A DNA stretch of 63,870 nucleotides, filler included, from Vannella sp. (Eukaryota), in the NCBI GenBank assembly GCA_023345925.1. It is 8 parts of 8 records of this genome, joined end to end, with 100 filler letters (N's around TTAATTAATTAA, not from the genome) between each part and the next. Parts side by side here need not be neighbours in the genome. Positions count along the whole stretch, not along the records: positions 9,811 to 26,200 come from JAJQQN010000073.1; 7 more parts are not named here. The stretch is one strand, 5' to 3'. A model generated the notes under the pieces. That model was not told the origin of the DNA. It saw only the letters and a program-made list of their open reading frames with translations, and made no database searches. Below are positions 12,754 through 25,274 of the stretch, one piece after another (position 1 is the stretch's first letter; each line of letters opens with the position of its first letter). Made by a program: the position numbers and the translations under genes.

Positions 12754-12980
12754 ATGACCAAGGACACCGAAAGACTCGACCGACACTCTGGCTCTGGAGT
12801 TTCAGGCGCCCCTAAGAAGGGTAAGCGGCTTCTCTCTTTCAGTGAGGGAATCGTAAATGCTCACATTTAAAAGGTGGCCTGAAGGGCTGGGGCAAGGAGG
12901 GCGAAGATTCTCCCTGTGACGCTGCTCTCGACAAGAACGACCCCAACTACGAGGACCCCGAGGACCCTGACCTCGCCTAA
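12754..12980 (+). CDS. 57-aa spliced microprotein with PDCD4/SERBP1(HABP4)/Stf2-like motif
   Basis: Exons 12754-12820 and 12874-12980 (intron gtaagc...taaaag) give MTKDTERLDRHSGSGVSGAPKKGGLKGWGKEGEDSPCDAALDKNDPNYEDPEDPDLA*. Confidence 0.8.
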
Positions 12981-13144
12981 GTCACTCTCTCCTGTAGATA
13001 GACCTTTGCACTCCCAGCTTCCGTTTCACCTATAAATAGACACTCTCAGCATCTCTCTACACTTCACTGTACTGCTTCAAAGGTGAAAGAAGCCTCCAAC
13101 GGGAGTTCGGACCGAAAGGGATGGAGAAAAGAGGCGTTTGTTGT

Positions 13145-14529
13145 TCAGGGGCGAGGAAGGGAGGTTTTGAGAGCTTGGAGATCGATAGTTATCTCCTCCA
13201 GGTCCCCTGTAAGCAGTGAGTTCAGCTGTTTGATGCTGGAGGTCTGGGAACTGAGCACTTTCTGGGCTTCCTCTGAGGAGGCCTCTTCGAGTTGTTCGTG
13301 GAAAGAAAGGGCGGGGCTGTCATCCAGCATGCTCACTTGGGATGCCAGTTCGTTTAAGCGCCACTTGAACTGAGTGGGCTTGTCCAGTTCACGTTGCAGA
13401 TGCTCCAACCGAGCGTGGAATGTCTCCTCTTCGGGATACCACGAAAATCCTCGGGATTGAAGAGCCTCTAGCTTGCAGATGACCTTCAGTAAGCGATGAG
13501 ACAACTCCTGGTGACGTCTAAGGAACTCCTCGATCCTCTGGTTGGTACCACGCTCGTGCTTCCGCTTTGTTTGGACCACAAACGTCTCAATCTCCTCCAC
13601 TGCCTTCTCATGCGCCTTCAGGAGCTTCTGTTGCTCACCTAATCTGTCTTTGAGTCCTTCAAAGCCCGAAACGACGACGGGGACCAGCCTTCGTGGCTCT
13701 GGGTTCTGCGAAACGCCTTGTTGCCATAACTGCGGGTTCGCGTTGGGTGGTTGGGGTGTTGGACCTGTGGGGGGTTGAGCTGGAAGGTTGTAGAAGATGT
13801 GTTGGAAGGCACAGTTGGGCGACTGAGTGTTGTAGTACTCTTTGATCTCTCTCACGATCTGCTGCATGGATTCCGGTTGCGCAGCGGTCTGTAGTTCTGT
13901 AAAGACCTTGAAAGTAAGTATCATAGTGGTCTGTGCGTCGCTAGGGCTTGCTTACGTGCTTGTTGTCCGAATCCACCGAAGTTCGCATTCGTTTGAGCAC
14001 CAAAGGTCGTTGCGGAGGGATTAGTAGCTCCAAATGCTGCTCCAAACCCGCCTGTAGTACCAGAGGAAGTCCCAAAGCCCGTGCCAAAGCCTCCAGTCGT
14101 AGCACCAAAGCCGGTGGAAGCAGGTTGGGTCGCTCCAAAGCCTCCAGCTGCAGCCCCAAAGCCCGTGGAGGCAGGCTGAGTCGCTCCAAAGCTAAATCCA
14201 GTGGAAGCCGGTTGACTGGTCCCAAAGCCTCCAGGAGTAGCGCCAAAGCCAGTGGAAGCAGGTTGGGCTGCTGTTTGAGTTCCCCCAAAGCTGAAGAGGC
14301 CGCTCCCCGTTGTTGAAGCAGACGATCCTCCAAGTGAACCAAACATGCCAGTCCCTGTTGAATCAGACGTGTTACTCCCAAAAGAGGATCCCAAAGAGCT
14401 CGAAGTGGATCCGAACCCTCCAGTAGAAGCAGGAGTCCCAAACGATGTACCTGTACTTGGAGTAGAAGTACTTGCCCCAAAGGAGAACGCTGAGGTGGAC
14501 GGCGTTGTGGTACCAAAGGAGAAGGCCAT
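13145..14529 (-). CDS. NUP54: Nucleoporin Nup54/Nup57 (FG repeats + alpha/beta + coiled coil)
   Basis: N-terminal FG repeats, intron ~13897-13955, then SPNCAFQHIFYN, LWQQGVSQNPEPRRLVPVVVSGFEGLKDRL. Confidence 0.9.
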
Positions 14530-14562
14530 CCCCACCAGGAGAAGAGGAAATGGCTCATTTGA

Positions 14563-14584
14563 AGGGTTTAGGGTTTAGGGTTTA
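14563..14584 (-). promoter_or_regulatory. Interstitial (TTTAGGG)3 / telo-box-like tract upstream of Nup54
   Basis: agggtttagggtttagggttta; reads TAAACCCTAAACCCTAAACCCT on the Nup54 sense strand, ~34 bp before the ATG; regulatory role is inferred. Confidence 0.55.
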
Positions 14585-14668
14585 CCGCATTCCGACTTGG
14601 ATAACCTCCAACTTGCGCCACTCAAAGAGGGGAGGCGAAAGATGTCATGGGCGAGTGGATTGGAGCGG
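14585..14668 (-). promoter_or_regulatory. Candidate SECIS element in the thioredoxin reductase 3' UTR
   Basis: Minus strand: AUGA (14648-14645), 11-position stem CAUCUUUCGCC/GGCGCAAGUUG with two mismatches, apical UCCC + CUC-UUU-GAG mini-helix, then GA; core ~80 nt downstream of the UGA. Confidence 0.6.
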
Positions 14669-14721
14669 ATTGGTGGGAAAGTTTGGGAGCGCCAGCAGAT
14701 GCGTTATGCCTCTGCGGGCGC

Positions 14722-16448
<1,727 letters not shown>

Positions 16449-16478
16449 TCATTCTTTGCCTCTCTCGCACCGACAGCG

Positions 16479-17234
16479 ATGGAGGAGGCGGCTCTCTCGT
16501 GGACAGCGGGTTTGTTGGGTGAAATGGGGTCTCTTGTGCCCCAGCTTGAGACTGAGAGAGCCTCGCAAGTGTGGTTCAATGTGTGGGTGGGTTCTGGTCG
16601 TCATGCGACCGACAGGAAGGCGCTGCGAGAGCTGGAGATTGATGCAATTGTCAACTTGGCTCCCCGCCAAGTGTGTACCGGTCCGATGTTCTATCCGTCC
16701 ACGTTTGTATACTACGAGACGAACCTTGTCGGTGAGAACCTCTAGGAGATGACCGGGCATCCTGGATCTGACGGAATCAACGAGATTCGGAGAGCAGCAG
16801 CTTAAACGAGCACTTTCCCCCTCTTGCAGCCTTCTTAGAGGAATGCTTAGCATCTCAAAAGAAGGTTCTGATACACTGTGCTATGGTAAGTGTCCTAGAA
16901 AGATCTCTACTGGGGTTAACTCGTTGGGAAGGGAATCTCCCGAGCACCTAGCATGGCCATGATGTTCCTTACTCGTTATTTCCTTGCGAATGAGAGTACT
17001 TTGGACCAGTTAGAAGCTTTCAGGCGAGCCCACGTCCCTCCAAACGCTGAAATCGAACTTTTAATGAGAAAGAGTTTCTCCTCCTTCGAGAGTTTGGTCT
17101 CCCCAGCACCACCAGAACACCTCTTCTTCACTCTATTCACTCATATGCTTCTTTGCAGACCGATCATTGAGCCCAATCCCGGCTTTCTACGACAATTGTG
17201 GCTTCAATCCCACTGTTCCCTCACACCCTGCTAA
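16479..17234 (+). CDS. Dual-specificity protein phosphatase
   Basis: Introns 16732-16784 and 16886-16931 join to give VLIHCAMGISRAPS; C-terminal RPIIEPNPGFLRQL. Confidence 0.88.
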
Positions 17235-17507
17235 GCTGTGCCAAGCCTCCCCTTCCCACCATGCAAGCCACAACCAACGCATCATGCTGCCACGCCAATC
17301 CGGCAAATTTCCACAGTCGGGTGAACACCAACGCACGACGCCCATCCAAAAGAGACCTTTTTTGTACCCTTTTAGAAAGTGAACGTCAGAGTGATGTTAG
17401 AGTGAGACGGAGGCTCCTTAGTTCCCCTTCGTGGACGTTCGACTTCTCAACGGGAACGCCTCCTTGGATGGGGAAGAGGTATTGGGTGGATGTAGGCTCG
17501 TTCGTAT

Positions 17508-18023
17508 TTATTGGGTTCGTTGTAGGACATGCTGGGGAGTGGGGGAAGGGGGAGTGTTGAAGAGAAGGGTGTGGGTGATGTACGGTCCCCAATCTGGTAG
17601 GGCGCGTGGTGTGTACGTGGGAGGCGTAGGGGGCGCACTTTCCTCTTGCTCTGGTGAATATTCTCCAGGGAGGTACCCTTTTTCGCACCATGTGATCGTT
17701 ACTTGAGGCTGGGGAAGGGAAGGATGGACTTTGATCACCCACAACTTGAAGGTGGGAACATTTCCTGAGCCGTTCGACCTCCTACGAGAGCATAGTTTGA
17801 TCATTTCACATTGTATATCCTCCTTCGCCTTCACAGAGGGGCCACTTTGGCTCCATCTCCAAGCAGAGTGAGAGGGCACCATACGAACAGGAAGATCACC
17901 CGCAAAAACAACGACTTTCTCGTGTTCGAAGCAAGCGTGTGAAACCGTCGCAATGGGAACCTTGTTGGGCCTTTGGTAGTGCTCTCGAACGACTTGCATA
18001 ACCTGTCGGTGCTCGCGTTGCAT
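17508..18023 (-). CDS. Hypothetical protein (basic Trp-containing domain + Pro-rich tail)
   Basis: ORF with WRWSQSG...KLWVIKV...WCEKG; the 3' end may be spliced. Confidence 0.5.
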   Translation of the reverse strand: MQREHRQVMQVVREHYQRPNKVPIATVSHACFEHEKVVVFAGDLPVRMVPSHSAWRWSQSGPSVKAKEDIQCEMIKLCSRRRSNGSGNVPTFKLWVIKVHPSLPQPQVTITWCEKGYLPGEYSPEQEESAPPTPPTYTPRALPDWGPYITHTLLFNTPPSPTPQHVLQRTQ

Positions 18024-18375
18024 AACCGGTCGTTTCCGCAAAAATAAGCCTTCCCCTTTAGTACGTCCGAAAAATAGGCCTTTGGGGTACAAGGCCCTTC
18101 TCTTATATTCGCAAACGCGTTATTTTTGCCTCTTCCTGACGCACGAACGCATTTAATCCAAAAATGAAAGTTTCTTTGTGAGCAGGTCACCTTCTGATTG
18201 GTGGATTCCTACATGAGGGTGAGGACCTCCCAAATGAGGGCTCGAAGAAAGTTCAAAGCTCCTTTATCAGGTGAATGATCTTCTGTGACAGAGAGTCTTT
18301 GGTGGCGCTAGAGTACAAGGACGAGCAAACATTTGAAAGAAGAGAGAAGCGTGAGGAGGGGAAGGATTGGATTGA

Positions 18376-18906
18376 TCATGTGTTTTTGCGTGGTCTTTTG
18401 ATCTCTTTGCCTGTAAGCCCTGAGTCAAAGTTATGGCGGTTTCTCTTTTGTAGTATCTCCTGCGTTGTGTCCTCCTGCCCGGCGCTGGCTCCGAAGGGCG
18501 TACTAAATGAGCTTGGGAGTGGCGTTGGCAGCGACAGAGAGGGTCCTGTCGTACTACTAGGAGAGCTACGAAGACTCTGTAACCTTTGAATGAAGGTGCG
18601 GGTGATGTCTTGATCAGAGTCGCTTTGTTGCCGAAGGGAGGCCACTTCCTTCCACAGTTCTTGAACTAGGAGGAGGTCTGCTGATCCTAGCTCTAACCCC
18701 AATTTTTGTGTCATTTGGGTGATCATCTCTCTTCTCCGTAAGTCCTGGGAAGAGGGAGCAGGGAAGTGCAGGGCCGCCGGTGCTGATGGGGGAATGAGCT
18801 GGTTGAGAACTGTTGCGTTGTGCTGGCCCGCCGAATGCTGAATACCATACTGCCCGATTACTTTGCTAGCTTCCTCCGCGTACTCTCGGAGATAAGGATG
18901 AGACAT
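18376..18906 (-). CDS. Hypothetical protein with basic C-terminus (possible NLS)
   Basis: 176-aa ORF from MSHPYLREY, ending KEIKRPRKNT. Confidence 0.55.
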   Translation of the reverse strand: MSHPYLREYAEEASKVIGQYGIQHSAGQHNATVLNQLIPPSAPAALHFPAPSSQDLRRREMITQMTQKLGLELGSADLLLVQELWKEVASLRQQSDSDQDITRTFIQRLQSLRSSPSSTTGPSLSLPTPLPSSFSTPFGASAGQEDTTQEILQKRNRHNFDSGLTGKEIKRPRKNT

Positions 18907-19095
18907 GTTCGACAAGGGCGCAGCCAACCGGACCAAGACCTCAAGAAATGAGCAATTTGGTTCCCCTCACGAAACCTTGTACCATCAAGTACGACGATTT
19001 ACCAGAGAGTATCAATCATCGACCACCGCCACGTGGCATTCGTTGCGGGTTGGATGCCCAACGACATCCGTGGCAGATCCATTTCCCCTCCTCTC

Positions 19096-19569
19096 ATGAG
19101 CTCTCGCAGTGGGTGAGGCTAATCGTTAGATGAAAGAAGTGGTGTAACAGGTGTGAGGGTCTCCAGAAGATCGCTTTTAGGTCTTGATGACGACACAAAC
19201 AAACGATTGCTCTACGCAGAGGAATCGGAGGATGTATTCGACCGTGAGACCGAGTTGGATATCGAGAAGATCAGTCACAAAGCTGCTGAAATGAAGAACA
19301 TTGGCTCAGCCATTGAGATAGAGATCACTGAGAGCATGCGCCAGATCGACATGATGGTGAGGCTTCCTCCCTAAGATCTGGCCCTTTCTAGTAGTTCTCC
19401 TAACATTCTTTTTCTACAGAATGAAGGCTTCTCTTCTGTTCAAAGCGCGCTCGACGTTTCGATGAAGCGACTGAAAGAACTCCAAAACAACGCCAATTCG
19501 CGGCACATGTGCTACCTCATCCTCTTCATAGTGGTGGTCTTCCTTGTCCTATACCTTGTCTTCCTGTAA
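19096..19569 (+). CDS. BET1: Bet1-like Qc-SNARE (tail-anchored)
   Basis: Spliced; SNARE heptads KISHKAAEMKNIGSAIEIEI and C-terminal TM RHMCYLILFIVVVFLVLYLVFL*. Confidence 0.75.
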
Positions 19570-19620
19570 ATAGAGCCTTCGCTTGCCCATTCGCAGAGAT
19601 ACACAAGAGCCCTCTATTCG

Positions 19621-20595
19621 CTACGTATTCGGAGCCTTCCTGGGACTCAGTACCTGGACAACGGGGACCCCAGGAGGAGGAGAGAGGAAGGAAAGGGCGA
19701 CCTCAGCTGTGAGCTTCTCTGTGAACGATTGTTAGTGAACTCCAGACCAATCCATTGAGAAGTAGCGCACCGTCGTCCTGGTAAGCAGGCTGACCTCCAT
19801 CTCGAGTAAACTTGAGCTGGTACGAGGCTTTAACAAAGGGATTGGCGAGGATAAACTCTCGGAACTCCTCTTTTGTGAGCTTCCCGTCCTCATCAAGGTC
19901 CATCTCGCGCATGATGTTCTTGGAGACACCTTCCATGATGTTCACGAACTTCTCTTGGAGGTTGCTGATTAGCTCGTCTTGGAACTTGTTAGCTTCCGGG
20001 TTGTCAGCAAACTCGGGAGGCGTGATACTCGTTCGAAGGGCTCTCATGAGGGCGCAGTAAGTGCTTATGTACATCTCTTTGAGGTCTTCACGTGTAACGT
20101 ATCCGTTTCGGTCTCGATCGAAGGCGAGGAAGGAGAGATCGATTCGGTCCTCATCTGTTCCTTTGCAGAGGCGAGATAGCCCCAAGAAGAACTCTGAGGC
20201 GTCCAAAAGGCCATCGTTGTTTGTATCGAAGCAATCAAACAGTTGATTGCCCATGGGGAGGTCCTTGAACCTTGCCAGACCGAAATGCTACCGTTTGATT
20301 AGCCTTTTCGGGTGTGGCGATAGAGAAGGGTACCTCAAGACAGCCCAAAGCTTTTTGAAAGTCTTTAAGATCGAGTCCTTGCTTCTCTCCCCTCGTTTCC
20401 TCAAAGATCTCGTACAGCTTTCGAGCTTCATCATCCCCAACTAGCACAGGAATCATCAGAACGAGACGAGAGGGCGCGCAACCTGATTGAGAGTTCACAC
20501 GTACACTTGGTCTTCGTCTTCAAGCTCTGCAGATACCGTAGCATGTCTCTATCCACCTCACCCGGTCGCCTTCGACGAGACCCTTCCTGTCCCAT
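19621..20595 (-). CDS. N-myristoylated EF-hand calcium sensor (NCS/frequenin or calcineurin-B-like)
   Basis: MGQEGS start; EF-hands DTNNDGLLDASE, DRDRNGYVTRED, DLDEDGKLTKEE; 3 inferred introns. Confidence 0.85.
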
Positions 20596-20629
20596 CCCAG
20601 CGAACAAATGAGGTCAAATCCTTTTATTA

Positions 20630-23600
20630 TTATTTGGCTAAAAGGCTCTGATAGAATTGGAGCAAGTCTTTGGGCTTGGTGTGAGTTTCGATGACTTGGG
20701 CGGCCATGTTGGCTCTGTGAGTGGGTCTGTGGGTTGTTAGAGAGAGCAGAGGAGAGGGAGGGATATAGACGTACGGCTCCCCGAAGAAAGAGTTGTGACG
20801 GAGGGCATTCAGAGCCGTCAGGCGGACAACGGTGGAAAGAATCTGCTGACTGAGAATCGTGTCATCTTGTGCTGGCCCCAAAGAGGCAATCTTCCCATTG
20901 GTTAGCCAGAGAAAGAGAGCAAGACAACAATGAGTCACGTACAGAAGAGGGATGGAAGATTCTGAGGCGGTAGAGGCGAGTGGGCTGAGGTTCAATGACG
21001 ATGAGAGTTTGGTATTCCAGTTTGAAGCGGGAAGGGTCAAAAAGCTCGAGTTTCTCGGTCCAGCAAATCAGTACTTGATTGGAGAAGATCAAGTTCTGCA
21101 TGTAATTGGAAGAGGCCTCGCCTTTAGGTGTCAGAGGGCCAACTTGGAAGATGACTTCAGTGTTGTAGGAAGCCCAATAGGGAGTGTCTTTGCCAGACTT
21201 TGAAACGCTTAACCCACCTTTGTAGCCCGCATGCGTTGCAATATCGATTCTCCATCCAATGGACCAAATAAAGGCCTCAAACTGGCAGGGAAGCGAATCC
21301 AGTTCAAAGAGGGGCAGCGGGGAATCCATCCCAAAGTAAAGAATCCCCACCGAGAAGCGCTCCCGGGTGACAATCTTGTCAATTCCCGCAAGAACATTAA
21401 GCTTATCCTGATGGTTGTCCTGGAAGGGGAGAAGGCGCGTCCAATTGGGCAGAGCAGACAAACCAAGAGTGGAAACAAAAAGGCGAGCGGCTGATTGACT
21501 GCGGTCCTTTTGTGAAGAAGGAGCTTGCATGGCCTCAAAAGAGTCCAGAGCATTGGGATTGTCAGCCAGACAAGCCACTTCTCGCTCTTGGAAAGACTCA
21601 GACATTTGGCGTATCTCAGCATAGAGACGCTTATCCTCGTCAGTCATTCTCTCCATCACAGCTGAGGTTGTTTCTTCAATAGCTGTAGGCAGTGGAATGC
21701 TCAAATCAGGGACAACCACAGCCTCCAGCGGTTTCGCTTGGCCTAGTGGTTGGATAAAGTACTGTAGCTGATTGTGCCAGATGTACCGACCAAGGTTGTC
21801 TCTTGCGACGCAACGAAGTTCTGTTTGGTCTTCACGACCGGAAATTGGCAGCAAAGAAAGGAAGTGTCCATTCAAAGTAAGCAAGTTGAAGCCTTGACCA
21901 TCTGAAAGGAGTGCCCGCTCGTCACGGAGGGAGGAGTTACTATCAGGTCCTGCAGCCAGGGGGAACTGGCCAAAGAAGTTGATAAAGGAGCTAAGGAAGT
22001 ACTCCGCCGAAGCTTTCACTCGTTTGCCCACAACACCACCAGTGGTTCGGTCAATGAGGGAAGATTCATATTCAAAGGTAACTGCCTTTCCCATTGTGCC
22101 CATTACCTTGTGGAGGCAATCAGAGCGGCTTAGAATCCATTGCCCGGCAATGACCCAGCAGAGCAGTGTCTCAACAGCGAGCGTAAAAGCGTTTTCGGCT
22201 TCAAAAGAGGTCAACTCAGCCAGTCGGTAGTCGATAAAGTTGCACAAAGTCATTGTGGTGTCATAAGCCACGTTCTAGCAGGATATGAGAGGGACTCAAA
22301 TGAATTACGAGCACTAACCGTCTCATTGAGATAAGGCAGAAGAGCGGACAGATCTCTCAAGATCATCAGAGAGCAAAGGATTTCTAAGTGGCTCCATTTG
22401 TAGGTAATGAGAGCTTTCAGAAGCTTCTGCACGAACCGTGGAGTGAACTGAGGCGAAGACTAGATTTGAATGTGAGTGAAGAACAAAAGGCGAGAGCAAG
22501 CAGAAGGTCACCTGGATGTCAATCGTCTCAAAACAATAGACACAACCTGCCCAAAGAGCGTATTGGCGATTCTCAGGAACCAACTCATGTTCAATGCCGG
22601 AAAGAAGCATCTCTGAGAAATGCTGGGCAAGCTGGAACGCTATCAGACTCGCGAAGAGTGAGAATACGAATAACACGTACATCACTAAATTTGGCTAATT
22701 TGGGGAGACTCTCCAGAAGAGGAGCGGATTGAGTGGACGAACAGTTGAAAGAGGTATCCCCATAGTGATTAGGAAGGCAGAGCAAACTTGATAGGATCTT
22801 AAACGAAGCCATTCGCAATTTTCCGAGCTCATTTGACTCTGAAATGCCGCCTCCTGTCACACTCCTTTCCTTTGCAACGCTTCCTTGGGCCTGAGAACAA
22901 ATTGATAAGTCTTGAATCTGCTCACTTCAACGGGAAGACTAACCTGAGGGAATAAGACGCGCTCCATGCCCATAACATACGCAGGAATCAGTACATGAGA
23001 AGCTTGATACTGCCTGAGGAAGAATGTAGTTGAATTCCTCATGATAGCGTCCAACAGAGCAGTGTTGTGGGTGTTGAGGGCCTTCTCTATACCTCTGTAA
23101 AAGTAGGCCAGATAGTTTGGATTGAACTCATGGGGAGGTCGGCTCCCAATTAGAAGACAGAGCGTCTTCAGAGCGACCTTCTTCCCCTCATCAAACCCCT
23201 TTTGGAAGTTGGAGATTGCTTCTAATAACCAACCACCACAGATATCCAAGACAGTGTTGCCTGTTGGTGGCATGATCTCGAGTTTGGCCAACTGAAACTT
23301 CTCCCTTGTCAAGTTGATGTACGACCAAGCAATGTTACTGATGCCTTGCATGGCCTCAAAGTAGTTCCTTGCAGAGGAAACCGAGCCCTCAAAAGACCCC
23401 AGCAGGTGAAGCATTCTGTACCAAGCTAGCATCACGTACTCGTCCTCCAGCATTAGTTCGATTGTCACCTGATCCACGCGAGTGAAAATGATCATTTCTG
23501 TTCCCTGGCTTGGTCCAAACAAGATACGAAGGACTCTTTCGTTGATGGCAGAGCAAGTGCTACTCCAGTGAGAGAATGTCTCCAGGCGGTGCTTCCATTT

Positions 23601-24421
23601 CTTTGCTATCTCAGAGAGCGTGTCCCACATTACTTCAGGACGCTCTCCAGATGTAAGCCACAGCTCAAAGAGGATCTAGTCAGGCTAGTGAGTCTCTGTT
23701 GCCTTTGGAAAAGGCCTTCTCACATTAACACTCTCGGACACGAGGCTCTCTACCAGCTCTGGTGACTGCTTTAGGGTCATGATGCTGTTACAGATGCCTA
23801 AAACGATCTTCAGGAGGATCTCCCATGTCTCATCGCTCAGTTGGAGAGCATACTTGACCCCAACCTCTCGGTAGAGATACAAGGCGCTTCGGCAGAAGCC
23901 AATGTGTCTTTGCTCGAGGTCTGCTGGTGAAGGGGCAGAGGATTCTCTTCCAGAGGACTTGGTGAGCTCTGTTGAGGAGGAGGCTCGTGGAGAAGTAATT
24001 GGAGCCGCCGAAGCTTGCGGAGTAAAGATAAGTGAGAGGTGCTGAAGCATCATCTGATAGAAGAACTGTTCATCTTCTTGAATTGGCACGGGCTTCTTCT
24101 GTGGGTCCAACAGCCAGGACCGATACAGAGCAATGGCAGCCTCGATGGTAGTGGAGAACTGAAGAGGTAAAGAGAAGCATTGTCCCACGCCCTCGAGAAG
24201 AGTAACCACATGCACTTTGGTCTTGACATGACTTCCAGGCACAATGCCAGAGGACAAGTCAGCGCAAAGCATCCGCGCCATCGTGTTCCTTGTCTCCAGC
24301 GGGAACGTCATGAAGATGCCCTCCTCTGCCCGTACATCAGCCACACTGTCGCCTTCATAAATCACCTACCATCCTTCGGGACGATGAAGCCCAAGTCTGC
24401 CAAGTGGGGCAAGAGAAGCAT
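20630..24421 (-). CDS. RALGAPB: Ral GTPase-activating protein subunit beta-like (Rap/RanGAP-type domain)
   Basis: Multi-exon; VGQCFSLPL...IALYRSWL, AWYRMLHLLG, PTGNTVLDICGGWLLEA, LLCLPNHY, FIWSIGWRIDIATHAGYKGGL, PYWASYNTEVIFQV. Confidence 0.8.
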
Positions 24422-24562
24422 TGCTGACGAGGCGGCGTCAGACAAATGACGCCAAAAGGGGTTCTCCCAGCTGCCCAAGCGTCAGAGTCTTCCATTCTTT
24501 GCACTGTTGGACGAATCTCATAATGAAGCCATTCGAGAGTTTAGCTGCAAAACAAAAGGGCC

Positions 24563-24584
24563 AGGGTTTAGGGTTTAGGGTTTA
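24563..24584 (-). promoter_or_regulatory. Interstitial (TTTAGGG)3 / telo-box-like tract upstream of RalGAP-beta
   Basis: agggtttagggtttagggttta, plus a partial copy at 24595-24603; ~140 bp before the ATG. Confidence 0.55.
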
Positions 24585-24613
24585 TCGAGACAAAGGGGTT
24601 TAGAGCTTTCTTG

Positions 24614-25237
24614 TTATGATGACTGGTACAGTTTCTTATCGTCTGGGCGCTTCTTTAAGTAGAGAAACACTACTCCACCAAGAACAGCTGTGACCAAGGT
24701 GACCAGTAAGATGCTGACGATGATCCAAGCAATCCAATGAGCTCCGTCGTCGGTTGGACAGTCCTCGTCAATGTCCAACCAGCGGTATCGGAACCCGATC
24801 TCGATTGATTCTGTGGGAATAAACAGGGACTTGTCAGAGTTTCGTATCAGATTGAGAGCGATGGGAATGCGGCTGGCCCCTTGAGGGAGCTTTGTAGCGA
24901 CATTGAGGCAAACGTTGTCCAGTGAGGAAGAGGACTCTGCGCACGTCCCAGACGTACAATCATAGTTGACATTGACAAGTACCCCCACTTCATCATCCAT
25001 GAGGACCTGCTCATCATAGACAGAGTAGCTGTATTGCAAAATTTGCCCGCTGAAGCCATCCGCAGGAAGCTGAACGCTCCAACACAACACAGGCATATCT
25101 GGAACCAACACCATCGTTGTCTCCTCTTCATAAGACAACACCACACTCGCAACAGCGTTGGTACACTTCGAAGGAGCGTCCAAAGCACCCAAAACCAACC
25201 CCACCCACACCAAGAGGATGCAACACCAACCCCGCAT
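24614..25237 (-). CDS. Single-pass type I membrane protein
   Basis: Signal peptide MRGWCCILLVWVGLVLG, Cys-containing ectodomain, TM WIAWIIVSILLVTLVTAVLGGVVFLYL, short basic tail. Confidence 0.75.
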   Translation of the reverse strand: MRGWCCILLVWVGLVLGALDAPSKCTNAVASVVLSYEEETTMVLVPDMPVLCWSVQLPADGFSGQILQYSYSVYDEQVLMDDEVGVLVNVNYDCTSGTCAESSSSLDNVCLNVATKLPQGASRIPIALNLIRNSDKSLFIPTESIEIGFRYRWLDIDEDCPTDDGAHWIAWIIVSILLVTLVTAVLGGVVFLYLKKRPDDKKLYQSS

Positions 25238-25274
25238 ACCCAACAAATGAATAAACTTATAAATATCATTAATT

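Noticed and set aside
14040..14330. Repeat-spacer-like pattern (CCAAAGCC... units) as a CRISPR array
   Set aside because: These are the FG-repeat codons of Nup54 in a eukaryotic gene; no cas genes.
14563..14584. True chromosome end
   Set aside because: Only three units, with genes on both sides.
16743..16745. In-frame stops in DUSP, DXO, RRP42 and others as readthrough or an alternative genetic code
   Set aside because: All fall within short GT-AG introns whose removal restores conserved motifs; only the TrxR UGA needs recoding.
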